Shown piece by piece: positions 40,050-53,325 of a DNA stretch of 64,000 nt. Numbering within the stretch: position 1 is the stretch's first letter; the number at the start of each line of letters is the position of its first letter. The notes under the pieces were generated by a model, which ran no database searches, was not told where the DNA came from, and saw nothing but the letters and a program-made list of their open reading frames with translations. The position numbers and the translations under genes were made by a program. The stretch lies in contig JAKIMF020000004.1 of the NCBI GenBank assembly GCA_022605425.2, positions 1,364,001-1,428,000 of the forward strand, given 5' to 3'. The stretch comes from Hamiltosporidium tvaerminnensis FI-OER-3-3 (Eukaryota > Fungi > Microsporidia).

Positions 40050-40290
40050 TTTCTTTTTTTTATATATTTTATTATGATGAATTAGAAGAAATTTTATAAT
40101 TCAAAGTATCGCATTTTAGATTTCTTTTTTTTATATATTTTTTTGTGTTTTTTATTATGAATTAGGAGAAATTTTATAATTCAAAGTATCACATTTTAGA
40201 TTTCTTTTTTTTGTGTTTTTTATTATGAATTATAATTAAGTTTTATAATTCAAAGTATCGCATTTTATTTTTCTTTTTTTTATATTTTTT
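40050..40290. repeat. Tandem array (80/69-bp units)
   Basis: TTTTATAATTCAAAGTATC at 40092, 40172, 40241. Confidence 0.85.
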
Positions 40291-41278
40291 AAAAAGGTTA
40301 TATTCATATTTAATAAATAAAAAAATAAATCATTAAATCTACTGTTTATTTGAATATTTTACTTTTTTTAAACAAAAATTTTTAAAATTTTTATATTATT
40401 TAGATTTTTAAAAAATTTACATAAAAATCAAAAAAAAACTACATTTAGTATTTTATAAGAAAAAAATTGGGATTAAATATGTGAGAATTAACGCGGATAT
40501 TATTTGATAAGCTTAGTTTCTTTATTTAAATGAAAATTTATAATAAGATGAATTATCCTAATAAAACTAAATGATAAGGTTAGTATTTCATTTTTGTTTG
40601 TATAACGTGTTTTTCTTTAAATTAATATTTGGAATAAGAGCTTTTGTAAAACATGGCAAGCCGATATATTATACTTATTCTCATATTATATCCTATTTAG
40701 ATTATATGAAGTTTAATTGATTACAAATAAATATATCGGTATGTAGTACAATTTTTTTTAAAGCACATAAAAATAATTAAAAAAGACTAAAAAAAGTCTT
40801 GAAAGAATTTCATAGGTTATACGATTTAAACTTTATATAAAAATTATTATAAATTTTATAAAAACTATTGATGATTAATAGAATGAAAAGTAATATAAAT
40901 TATATCTTAAGTCGTAATATTACTCAATAAGTTCATTTTCTTTACTGAAAACACTGAATATATAAATTTAAGAAATAATGGATTTAATCATAGAAGAATT
41001 TCTAAAAAAAAAGAAATTTAGAAAATGATAATTTTGACTGGGAAAGTATAACTGACTTGTTTTGGCTGTAAAATTTTTAATAATTAATTTAAATACCAAT
41101 TGATAGGCACATTTTCAAGAACAGTTAAAGATGACATATTTGCAACGTATTTGCAAATAAATGTAAAGATCAACTCATTATGTTTGGAAAAGGAAATATA
41201 TTATTTAAAACTTATTTATAGGATTCCAATTATTTTCTTTTGAAACAAAAGCCTTGAGAAAAGCATGTATAAATTATA

Positions 41279-42479
41279 GGGTTTTTCGATCAATATAATA
41301 ATCCTTGCAATCAATATAATAATTTTTCGATCAATATAATAATCCTTGCAATCAATATAATAAATCTTGCAATCAATATAATAATTATTTTTAAAAAATA
41401 AAAATTTAAAAAAAAAATTTAAAAATAGAAATTTAAAAAATAAAATTTGTGTCTTGTTTATTATTCGTCTTGCCCTACTCCTTTGCAATTCCTAATTTTC
41501 GGTAAGACTCATGTTCTCCCGTGATCTCTTAATTTTCATTATATTCTCACTGGCTCGCACCGCCTCATTCTTTTTTTCACTGACATACATCTCATTGATT
41601 AGAATGTGGTGGTTTTTATCTCGCATTCTCATCTTCCCCGATGTGATGAATCTCGCTTGTCCATTACAATATTGGTCTGTTCCTGCCGTTGCACTTCATT
41701 TCTCCTTAATATATAATTTTAACCTCTCATTTATGGCCTTCTGAATCTTTGGTTATCTCCTTTTGTTCTTGCTGCACTCTGAATTTTTGTTCGCTGCTGT
41801 TCGTGTATGCGATCCTTTTCACCTCTGTGCGTGTTCCTCTGCACCCACTCTCTGGACGTTTTTGTTCGTTATCACCTCCACTCACTGTTGCGTATTGGTC
41901 TTGTTTGTGTGTTTTCGCTGCACTATGTTCACGCTTTGTGTATGGAACTCCTGTGGCGATCATTGTACTGTTGCATCATGTATGTCATTTGCCCTTCTGC
42001 CACTTCGGTTTTTGTACACCCATCACTGGTTTGTAGCTCTTTATTTCGTTACTTTGCGCCTATCCCTCTCTTCACAATACCGCCGGTTTTATATCGTCTA
42101 CGTCTGTCCTCTGGTATTTATTCGATACATCGGCATTGCGACATGAATGCCTTCTATGTTTTATCATTTGCCTTCGATCTTATAAAACCTTGTTTTGTTG
42201 GTGGTGTGTGGGTTTTCATCTGTATCCGATGTTTCCCACACTAACATTGTTTCCTCTTACATTCCGGTTTTTCCCCGAATCATTTGTTCTCGTTGGTTTT
42301 CCTGATTTGTTATTTTTAATGAATGAATTATTTTTAAATTTTTATGTTTTATTTTTCTTTTTAAAATAATTTTATATTGATTGATTTATTATATTGATTG
42401 GTTATTATATTGATATTATTTATTGATTGGGTATTATATTGATATTATTATATTGATTGGGTTTTATTGTCGAAAACCC
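41279..42479. mobile_element. Non-autonomous TIR DNA transposon with subterminal repeat arrays
   Basis: Ends GGGTTTTTCGATCAATA / TATTGTCGAAAACCC, TA on both sides; ~5 ATCAATATAATAA motifs at the left end and inverted copies at the right. Confidence 0.8.
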
Positions 42480-42699
42480 TAATAAAAAAATAAATGATTT
42501 ATACTGTACTTTTTATTAAAAAAAGGAGTAAGTTATTATATTCGTATAGAAAAACCAAAATCTATGAAATTAGGAAGCTGTTTGGAAAAATAAGAAACAT
42601 ATTTCTTCTTCAATATTTTAGGGCACTTCATATGTTTAATCCAAGTAATTGATTAATTCTAAATAAATTGAAATTTGCATGTATGTTACCAAAAAACAA

Positions 42700-43060
42700 A
42701 TATTTGAATGGTTTTATTGAAATATTTTATAAAAAACTCTTTTGAAGCCCTGTATAGATCATATTATGAACTTTTAATCAGATTAAGTAGCTTTGAGATT
42801 GAAATATTTTGATATCTTTAATCTTTATGTAAATAACCTTACAACTCTTCAAAAATATTTTTATGATATTGTGAAAGTCATTTGCTCGAACAAACCAGTT
42901 CAAGTTGTTAATTTTATAAGGGTTTAGGTATTTGACCCCTTATAGTGATTCCACTGTAGACTATACATATATACAAATGACTGGTATTTTAAACATTTAT
43001 AATTTAACATCAAGAGTATTGTACAAAAGTAGTTCAACTTAAAACAAAAATGCAGATCTT
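42700..43060 (+). pseudogene. Decayed RT fragment related to the RLE retrotransposon
   Basis: CTTACAACTCTTCAAAAATATTTTTATGATATTGTGAAAGT (~42838-42878) aligns with ~33271-33311. Confidence 0.7.
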
Positions 43061-45202
43061 TTTTTTTATATTTTATATTTTTGCACGTGAATGTAAATTA
43101 TTTAACAACTAGATTAAGGCTTTACGTGTTTATTTAGGCGTTTTATAAATTTTTCTTTTGAAAAGTCAGATTGCAGCATAATACAAACCTATTATAGCAT
43201 TCGAATTATAAAGAGTTTATTAACTAAGGATCGAGCTCTGCCAAATAAATTAAATTCTATATTCTGATTACTAGACTATGAAATTTTTAAGAAATATAAG
43301 TGTGGGTATTGAAAATGAATTAAGAGCCATGATATGTATAAAAGTGCCAAAGTAGTAAATTTACCATCTTTTTTTGCTGAATAAGGACTAAGACTGCTTT
43401 TAGACGCCATTTATTAATGTTAAAAAGTATATTGATTTTTGTTCTAAGAAAATTGATAATTCCACTTAAATCCGAAGTTCTTTGATTCAATACTTCTAAA
43501 TACAATAAGTGAAAGATATCAAAATAAAAAACCGAAATGTTATTTAAGGTTTGAAAACCTTTCATATAAAGAAAACAGCAAATGTATATTTTATTACTGT
43601 TTTAATATATTTATTCTATGAAAAAGTCGTTTCAGCCGAAGGCTTATTATAAGAATGTAGATTAAAATGGAAAGCATGAAAAAAGTTCTAATACAAAACT
43701 ATAACTTAGATTCCGATAATATAATACTTTTTCAATCAATATGAGAACACTGGCTGCCATAAAAAAATATAAAACAATTCATATCAAAATTAAGATTCTA
43801 AATTAACAAATACAAATCAGCAGGGAAACTTGGTATATTATATAAACAAATATGCCTTTGGAAAAATGGAAAGTTTAAGGATACCTTGGCAGCTTAGAAA
43901 TTTGCAAGTGAATCTGGCAAGTAGTTTATATTAAAGAATAAACAATTAAGATTCTCTTGGATTTTAAAACTTTCTATCGTAAAATTTAATACAATAAATA
44001 TATTTCATGCAATTATTAAAATTCATATCTTTGATTGATTACTAAGTGAGTGTACTTCGACTTATACTAGCATATTTAGGTAGAATATATAATGCAGATG
44101 TACAATCTAAGTAATAAATCTATATACGAAGTAAAAGTGTAAAAACCTTCTTTATATAAATATTTAATAGCTTAGAGGAAGCCCAACGTGTCAGTTTAGG
44201 AATATAACACACATATTTTAACTCTTTATTTTATGTAAAGAGCAAAGAAATTTCTGCGGGAAAATCACTTCTAAACTTGAGAATAAATATAAACAAAACA
44301 GCATGAATGGAATGAAGATTAAAGGATAATCTGGATTGCAAGCAGAAACGCAAGTGGAATAAAAAAACATGAAATTGCCATCTACAAATTTATAATCAAA
44401 ATAGTAAATTACAGTGAAAGTTTTATAAACCTAATAATTATACAATGTTTTATGTAATAATCACGAGGAAAGTCAAGTAGAAGGATACAAACCCAAGAGG
44501 AAATAATTTGTTCCCCTTATATCATGAAGATAAATTTATTCTGGGAAGCAAAAAGAAAATCTCAACAATTTAGTAAATTTACTGAGTTTATAAAGCCTTC
44601 AGAGACTATCCTTAAAAAATACTCGGTACGCTTATAGTAGACACTTTAAGTGATGATTCGATTCAAAGCTTTATTTTCTTAAATCTAGAACTTAGTTTAT
44701 TCAAAAAAATTGGGAATTTTTTGTATACCGAATTTTAAAAATAGGTATGCAGAAATATAAATGCATAGCGGTTTAAAGCCGATGTAAAAATATAAAATAT
44801 TTGGCCGATATCTTGTTAGGGAATATAGAATTGCATAGAACGATATATATTGTAATTGGAAATATCACACAAGATAATCTTATAATTATCGGTCAAAAGA
44901 AGAGAAATTATGATTTTGTGGCAAATGACTCAGGACATTTTTTTAAAATATCGTTAAAATTTAAATACAATGCGATGACTTACAATGATATTGCCTTTTA
45001 ATATCATATCATGTAAGTGCATAATGCACAGAATGCCAATCGGAATGAGCACAATACATTCAGTCAATAGCATTCAAAGATGAAATCAAAAAAAGTTATT
45101 TTTTTTAAAAAAATATGTTTGTGTCAAGGTTTTCTGATTGATCTAGGGAAAGTCTAGGAGAATATAATGCATGAATTATAACGGCACAAATTTTAAATAA
45201 TA

Positions 45203-45902
45203 TTATTTAAAAATATCGAAACTTTTTAATCAGTGGCATAAGTTATTTTTGTTTTTATGACATTAACAAAGTTCTAGGTTTTACATCTAACTGTAGTCTT
45301 AAACTCTATCAGACTCTTCTACAATATCTACATCTAAAAGATGTGTAAAACCTATTTCATAGGCAAGACACTCGCCCAAATTCAATTTTTCTGTTGCTTG
45401 TTTGTATTCGAAAGCAAACCCATCCTGGGCTTCCCCAAGACAGCAGCATTCCAACATACACTACACTTACCTAACCTAATACACTTCAATCCAAGATATA
45501 TCTTGGCGACTTGTATAGGATCCACCTAGATAATCAATGTCATATCAGGAGGTATAACCTGCATCTTAGCATTTGCGGCTTTAAAGGTTTTTATTTTTAT
45601 ATTATCCGGCACTAAGCCTTCAAACCTGAGTGCGCAGGCCTAGGTTGCTATGATGTTCGAGTAAAATTGCCTGCAGGTCTATTGCGGCCTACAACCTAGT
45701 CACATAACAAACTACAAAATATATTTATTTAAAAATTTTCGCCATTTCATAAACCCTAACCTCCCCATATCAAGTCCCATGAAACAACCTAAAATATAGT
45801 GTGGTTTTATATTCACTAAAAATCCAAACAATTATTTCTTACTTTAACTTCATCTATTCATTGCCAAGTAGAAAGTTTTTATTGCGGTTATCTACCCTCT
45901 AT
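45203..45902 (-). mobile_element. Dispersed non-coding element, long form, copy B (most diverged)
   Basis: Reverse complement shares AAAAACTTTCT.CTTGGCAAT, AAAACCACACTA, GGTTGTTTCATGG, CAGGTTATACCT, TCTAGG and the 3' GATATTT..AATAA end with copies A and C. Confidence 0.8.
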
Positions 45903-47242
45903 CAAGATCCGCACAAATAACTCATATATTATTATACGCGTACATCAATGGATATGAGTGTTTTAGGCAAATAAATTCTAAAGTAAATGAACCATAATTA
46001 TTACTAAAACTAGAAAGATTGATGCATTGAAACAAAATTAGAGAGTATTTTAATTCATCGATGCTTCAGATAAATCTCATAGAGAAGTATAAAGAAAAAA
46101 ATGCGTGAAATAATAAAATATTGAAAAAATCCTTGTAATATTTCAAATATGAACAAAACCACAACAAATATTTTTTTTGGTTAATGTATGAATTTATATC
46201 CTCGATTTTTTTTGCATATCGTTAAGCTGTACTTTGGTTGGCATATTCGATTCCAAGTTACGCTTGACGAATTTTAAACAATTTCAATGTAACAAATTTT
46301 ATTTAAGTACCATATTTGCAAATCACCTAAAAATAGATATTAGCAGCAATAAAAAAACCCGTTCTCACTATCTGCTTCGTTTGCTATGTGTTAATAATTT
46401 AAAAAAAATTACATAAAATATACTAATGAGTATCGGTAAAAAAAAAACAGAGATAAACTCATACAATTATAATAAAAAGAAACTTTTTAAAAACATATTG
46501 TTACGCTACGAACCTTTTGTTCTGTATATATTAGAACAAATGAATTTCTTTTACCTTCGAAATTATAAGTAAAAAATGGAATATATTTAATACAACTTGC
46601 TGGTTTTTTAAGCCGAATATACTGTTATCAAGATGTTCAGTGATTAAGAAATATGAAGGTACATGTCTATTTTATATGTAGCTTATAATATGAAATATAA
46701 AACTTTTTTTTTGTTTTTAAGACATATTATAATCAATTCGATTTTTCCAAAAGTGTAAATATATATTTAAAGTTCAAAAATTATTCAACGAAATTTTGAT
46801 GCGGTAGAAAAAAATCAACATTAAAACTTGTATAGATCTAGGAATTATAGGTTGCTATTATAAAATGATACGTGTTAGTACCTCAAGAAGAATAATATTA
46901 AATTATGATACGAGATATTGATTGGCATAGCAATTATATAAATGCATATAGAAATTTGAAAAGTGGATTTCAAAAAATTCAGAGCATCAGTATAAAATTT
47001 GTAAAATCGGTCATATATCTAATTATAAATGCATTATTTCATAAAAAAAATGATTTAATGTAAAGTTTTATTTTCTCAAAAAATAGAAATTTTAAACTTT
47101 AAAATAAATTTGCTGCAATTTTTATCAAATTCTATAAAATAAGTACACAAGAATGTGGTTAGAAGCCTAGCGAATAGCTATTGTGAAAATTCGGAAAATT
47201 AGTCTGTATATATTTATTTTTATTAGAAAATGTACGCTTCTA

Positions 47243-47463
47243 TAGAGAAAGGATAAATACATTAAAAACAATCTGGTTGGTAATGAGTGCGTGAATTGGT
47301 GTAAAAATCATTGTTACCATCTTGGTGGAATATAAACCAAATAGGATCTATAGGCCAATCCCCTATAATATCAAGTTATAACATATTAAAAGAAGCAATT
47401 AGAATATTTTCATTTGTTCATCCTCGACACTTAGAGATAAAATAGAAATGGAATAGGTAAATA
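47243..47463 (+). mobile_element. Dispersed non-coding ~220-bp element, short form, copy D
   Basis: Colinear with 53106-53325 (ATATTAAAAGAAGCAA, TTTCATTTGTT.ATCCTCGACAC); first ~100 bp homologous to the long form. Confidence 0.75.
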
Positions 47464-48299
47464 AGTAAGAATATTAATACGATTATTTCTTAAACCGGAG
47501 AACCATTATCTGACTTAATTCAAATATAACGAAAAACCAAACAAATAGAATTTTTCGGCAAATGAAAAGTTAATATTTCACCTTCAGTGCTAATAGAACT
47601 CCACTTTTGACAAGCTGGGATATAATGTTGCAAATAATAAGATCAGCGTTAAAAAATACCGACATATCTAAGAAAAAATAAATACATTATTTCGTTTTTC
47701 TCGAAGAGATAGTTAAAACTATTTTTCTTAGTTGAAAATAATTTGAGTGAGAATGAGTATAATAAAATATAATGTTTCGAAAAGAACTACGCTTTTACTA
47801 GATCTAGTACACGGATAGATCAAAGATAAATAGATATTAAGCCACGGGTACTGAAATTATAGAATTTAATGATGCCAATAGACTTAAACTATACATCAAA
47901 TCAAAATATAAAAGAAAAGAAAAGTTAAATCTAAAGTAAATTTCGAAAAAATAGAAGGCAGTAAATCAAATATGCCAAATTATAAAACAACTAATCTTTC
48001 ATTGAATCGATTTTATTTCTAAAAAAAATTATACCCGCGCCCTTCGGTTTATTACTTTCATTCTAAAAACATCGAAAATATATTTTATTCTGAAAATTTA
48101 AAAAGTTAGATGTTTATAGATTTCTGTAATTATTTTCACTACTTTTTATATTCTAGTTTTTATTTTTTCTGCTTTCTTTTTATTATTCTTCATATTCTAA
48201 ATGATACATATTGTTATAAAAAATAATTTCAAAAAAAATTCTTCGACTCCCTTTATAAGACACAGATTCTTAAATTTTTCAATATTATTACCCACTACA

Positions 48300-48920
48300 A
48301 TGGTAACGATACAAGAAATATCAAAGTTTATTGCAGAAAAATTCGTAAAAAATTACACTAAAAAAACACACTTATATGAAGAAAGAAATGAATTAGAAAC
48401 AGAAATAGCAAATTTAGAAGTCAAAAAGAATGCTTTTATTGATATTTTGAAACCAGAATCTATATCAGAATCCACTGATAAGAAAATATTTCCACTTATA
48501 TTGGGAACACCTGCGCTGAGAATGTCTATTACCACACTTGGTTCACTTCCTACACATGATCATATAAAATTTCACAATAAAAATACTATTTATCCAATTG
48601 GATATCAATGTAAAAGAAAATATAAGCCACACAATCGATACACTAAGAACAATCAAGATAAAATTTTTTATTTTTGTACTGTCAAAGATACAGACCACAT
48701 TTTAGAAATATCTACAAATGATGGTAGAAAATGGACAGGTATAGATCTCTGGGGGTTGTTTGTACAGGATTTTGATGAAGTTACAGAATATGGAAATGTA
48801 GATGAATTTTTTGGACTTAATCATCCAACTGTACAAAAAATGATAGAAGAACTCGGTGATATATCTGTATTCGTAAATTATTTACCCCTAAAAGAAAGAA
48901 AAGATAAAAAACAACGTTAA
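48300..48920 (+). CDS. Stand-alone FYRN/FYRC domain protein (TBRG1-like)
   Basis: LGSLP..FHNKNTIYPIGY (FYRN); FFGLNHPTVQKMIEEL (FYRC); CCC 7-9 nt before ATG 48300 favours this start over 48201. Confidence 0.8.
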   Translation: MVTIQEISKFIAEKFVKNYTKKTHLYEERNELETEIANLEVKKNAFIDILKPESISESTDKKIFPLILGTPALRMSITTLGSLPTHDHIKFHNKNTIYPIGYQCKRKYKPHNRYTKNNQDKIFYFCTVKDTDHILEISTNDGRKWTGIDLWGLFVQDFDEVTEYGNVDEFFGLNHPTVQKMIEELGDISVFVNYLPLKERKDKKQR

Positions 48921-48992
48921 TTTTAATGGTAATTCTCATAAAATAAAAAAAAATATTTTATTTACTTTTTTTGATACTTTGAAATGTTTTTT

Positions 48993-49043
48993 TCTCCATA
49001 AAAATCGTAAACCTATTTTAACCCAGAATTTTATTAAATAAAA
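48993..49043 (+). mobile_element. 51-bp 5'-truncated insertion of the RLE retrotransposon 3' end
   Basis: ATTTTAACCCAGAATTTTATTAAATAAAA identical to both full copies; 14-bp TSD TTGAAATGTTTTTT at 48979-48992 and 49044-49057. Confidence 0.9.
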
Positions 49044-49949
49044 TTGAAATGTTTTTTGCCTTTTTTAAGAGTAAATTATATTTTCGACTAAGTTTTCTTA
49101 AACAAGTAAAGGAATTCCTTACGGTATCAAAAACCGATTTGAATTTTATTTAAATATTTGAAGTTTTTATTATACACTAAATCTCGGAAAGTCTTATATA
49201 TAGTTAATTTTGGATTTATATTGATATGTAAATGAAGACTTAGTAAATAAAGCCTCATTCTGTGTTCTATTTGAAAGTAATTATCACAGTTGAGACTGTG
49301 TCTGTAAATCTTATTTTTTTACATATTTGACACATATATATTTTTTAATATTTAACTATCATTTATTTAATAAAATTACAGACACATTATAGTTAACATT
49401 GGGAAAGTTTTCTTCCATATTTTTTTACTTAAGTTAAGTCTCATGAATAACTTAATAAGCTTTAATTTTTAGTTTTTACTATATTTATAATGACCTAAAT
49501 ATATGTTATAGCTAGTGAGGCTGTAGCATTTCTTTTGGGTTCAGCAAAAATTTAAAGAATATTGCCGTATTAATATAAACACAACCTTGAAAGTATGATT
49601 TTTTTTAAAGCGGATTCATATAGTTACAATGCGTTTTAATTACAGCCTGAAAGATTCTTTTGATGATTTCGATGTCTCTAAAACCTTATTTTTTCTAAAA
49701 AAAACAAATTTTTGTTACTTAAAGTAGTTTCACTGTTCTGATATGTCCCCTAAAAAATAACTATTAAATTAAATATTTATGAGTGATACAGTTACCACGA
49801 GCCCCCCTTAAAATTTGCTATTTAAATATCCTGTTATTTACTTTTTTAAAACTTTCACATGTTTTATATTAAAATATACTTTCAATAAATATAATCGGAT
49901 TCAAGAAATATCTTTTGTTTTCCAATTTATAAATTTTACTAAGAGTCTA

Positions 49950-50700
49950 TTGTTTAAAATACAATATAATTTTATTCATGGACCAAAAATAAGATTAGAT
50001 ATATAAAATATTCCAATCTATTTATCTTGTAACAAAGAAAATTTCAGATTTCCTATTTTTTTAACTAATATTTAGCTAAGTTTTATATGATCTACTTGCG
50101 CTTTGGAATGCTTCTTCTTTAACAATAAGTCCAAACTACTAATCAAGTTACATATAAGAAGATCTTTTATTACAGTGTAATCCGCAGCGATGCTGCTCTT
50201 AAATAGCCTGAGCCCCTAAACGATACTTTCTATTCTTCCTTATTTGCAGTGCATCTTAATCATGCGATTCATTCAATATTCTGAAATCATTTTTGCCATC
50301 ATTTGGCCATTTGGTTTATGTTTTATCTCTTCTTCTATTACTATTCGCTACAAATCCAAAAAAATATTACTACCTCTTTTTTACCACATTTTTGCTACTT
50401 TTTTGTGTCATTCAAGACTTCCATTTTGCATTACAGGGACCAAGTTGCTTGCTTCTTGTATTAAATCATATTTTTCTTGATTAGATACAATTTACACCCG
50501 TTATTTTCAAATATATCAAGTCATATCTTCTTAATATTTTCATTCTTTTCTATATATCAAACATACCCTCTTCCTAATTGGTTATCACCATATTTCCGAA
50601 GAAACAAAGTCGAGGGATGACAGAGAACAATGATATTTCTTTTTCATATTGTGATTTTTTGGATTTGGCTTCAGTTAGGTTTGTAGAGCAAATTATCACT
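49950..50700 (-). pseudogene. Highly decayed non-LTR RT relic (may extend to ~52300)
   Basis: Minus-strand AAGAGCAG...AATAAA...TGGA..TGTTAAA..TAGATCAT parallels the KEQALLNI..WIDVKKAYDSIDH coding segment; boundaries uncertain. Confidence 0.45.
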
Positions 50701-53105
50701 TTTGCTTGCTCTTATTCTTTCTGCAATTACAAAAGAATTTGTAAAATTTTCATTCAATAATGATTCTGGGCATTTTAACTTCGAGATCTTTTCACAATTT
50801 AATCAGTCAATCAAAATTATTTCTGAGGTATCTATGAAACATAAACATTAGCATATATTTTTCTTGCTATTTTTATATTAAGCTGGGTTTTTTTTACGAT
50901 TCTTCTGCCAATATTCATTAGAGAGGTTTGGTATCCTTTTTTTTTCTTTGTGGCTATATGAATCGTGTAGGTTGAACTATGCATTGTGATATTCGACTCA
51001 ATACTAAACAACATGTATTTTTTTGTTAATTTACGGATTTATTCCACTGGTGTAAAGTTGAATAATACGCAGGACAATATATCTATTTGGTTTAATCTTT
51101 AATGACGAATAAATAAACCAATAGATACCTTTTAGCAATATACTCTTTTGCTTCAATATGCTTCATTTTTAAAACTAATATTTAAATAGGAGTGTTCTTA
51201 TTTTTTCAGCAGTTTTGCATTACAATGGCGATAAAAGATGCATAATGCTTGCTTGTACTCTACAAAAATATGATGTGTCGAGATATTCTGCCATAGCATG
51301 TTTAAAGCATTATTGAATTAGCAAAGATTGATTGGTCGTTTGTCTGCCGCTTCTAAATTCACATTGGTAATCTCTAAGCGCGCTTTATGTGTATGGCTCT
51401 AATCATTTTCGATTAATTTTGTAAGAGTCCTGTATTTATTTTTCGAAAAGATATTTATCTATAATTAAAGAACGTGTTTTAATTCTTTTTTTCATGAATA
51501 GGTAATATAAGATCCATGTTCATTGCGGGTATTTTTTTTGACCCATATTCTGTGGATTAGGTTCTGGGTGATATCAATCAAATAATTTTCTCCATATTTT
51601 AAGATTTCAGCTATAATCTTTTTAGAATGGCGTTTTTTCCATTGATGCGGTTCATTATGAAATATATTGTCTCAGCTAGTGTTGGCTATACAGCAGTCGG
51701 TTCTTAATCTTATGTAAGGTCTTTGTAGTCTTTAATAAACCTCTTTCATTTGATTTTCTAGTTTTCGTTTTATTAATGGATTATGATGATTTCTGAAATA
51801 CTTTTGCTATATGTTTAAAACATTTATTGGGGTTTTAGTTTAACATTAGTCTGTATTTTCAATTTTCAAACTTGACAATCGCTTCTATCATTTCTTATCA
51901 TTTCGAATCTTTTGCGAATATTATTTGTTTTCAGCATTTTTCTATTACTTTAATTTTATATAAATCTCTTTTTTCTTTCGTTTTTCTTACTATACGGGAG
52001 CCTCTATTTCGTTTTCAGCTAAACTTTTGAATTTTATTTTCGAATTTTTTTCTCGTTGCATTTTTAATCTACCTAAGTCTCCAGTTGATTACTTCCGCTA
52101 TTCAAGAATACCCATTATCTGCTCTTTGTATTTTAGTCTTCGATACTACTTCAATGCATATAAAATTAATTCCTTGCTACTTGTCATTTGTTCATCCACT
52201 TCATCTGATATATAGAATTTGTTTTCATTCATTTATTTATTCATTGTTTTCTAAATTGCTTCCTAGTAATATTCGTGAAATTCATCGAAATTGAATATTT
52301 GTGATTTTTAATTCTATAGCTTCAACATTAGTACACGTTCTCCAAAATTCAATCTTACCAAAATAATCACTTCATTATCATCGCCTCTAGACGTACTCTA
52401 TTCATAACAATTGATACATCTCTAGAGTCAATAAGTAGGTAATCATTTTGCCTATAAGTATCTCTATCAGGAGAACGTTGAGTGTATCTGTGTATTTTCT
52501 TTAAAAAACTACTTGAAACAGTCATAATTTTTCTCAAGGCAAAATAAATTAACATGAAACTATTATCATTGATTATACATTTATATATTCGCATTCCTAT
52601 TTAAGTCAGTCCTATGTTTCCTCGCCTATTTTCACAATGAAATAACTATTTCAATGCTTATGTAATATATGGATGATTTGTTATATTGGGAACATTTAGA
52701 ATACAGTTGAATCTATTTTTTCTCTTCGTTTGCATATTCTATTGGGTCATAAGGTTGTATCAAGGTTGTTTTAAAATTTGGCTTTTATCCTCATTAATTA
52801 TAGTGATTTCATAAGAGGTCTAAAACCCTATTCAATGTATTCATTTCGACAGAAAGGCCGTATTAACAATATCGTGTTACTACTGTAAAATACCGTGCAT
52901 TCTTTGGTTTTAAAACGTCTCGTCTCCGCCATCTCATTTCTTGTTGTACTACGATTACATATATATTTCCGAGGTCGGGATATGATACGCTAGAGCTCTG
53001 AGCTCTGTTCAGAAAAAAAACCATGCATTCCATATTTATTATATGTTTCTATTCTGTCATATATTTTCTGAAAAAATCCGTTTTTTAGTAGTTTCAGTTC
53101 GATAG

Positions 53106-53325
53106 TAGAGAGAGGATAATCATTTTAAAAATTATCTGGTTGGAAATGGGTGTAGACTTGGTGTGAACTTTATTGTTGCCATTTCTGTGGGATATAAACT
53201 ACACAGATTCCACAAGACAATTCCATATAATCCTTAGTTACAATATATTAAAAGAAGCAAATGATAAACTTTCATTTGTTTATCCTCGACACCAAGAGAT
53301 AAAAGTGATATTAGATAAGTAAATA
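53106..53325 (+). mobile_element. Dispersed non-coding ~220-bp element, short form, copy E
   Basis: Colinear with 47243-47463; shared head with the long form. Confidence 0.75.

Noticed and set aside
41511-42369. Five overlapping plus-strand ORFs
   Set aside because: Result of A-poor strand bias inside the TIR element, which depletes stop codons
45752-45761. AACCCTAACC as a telomerase RNA template
   Set aside because: Absent from copies A and C, and on the strand opposite to that favoured by G-U pairing
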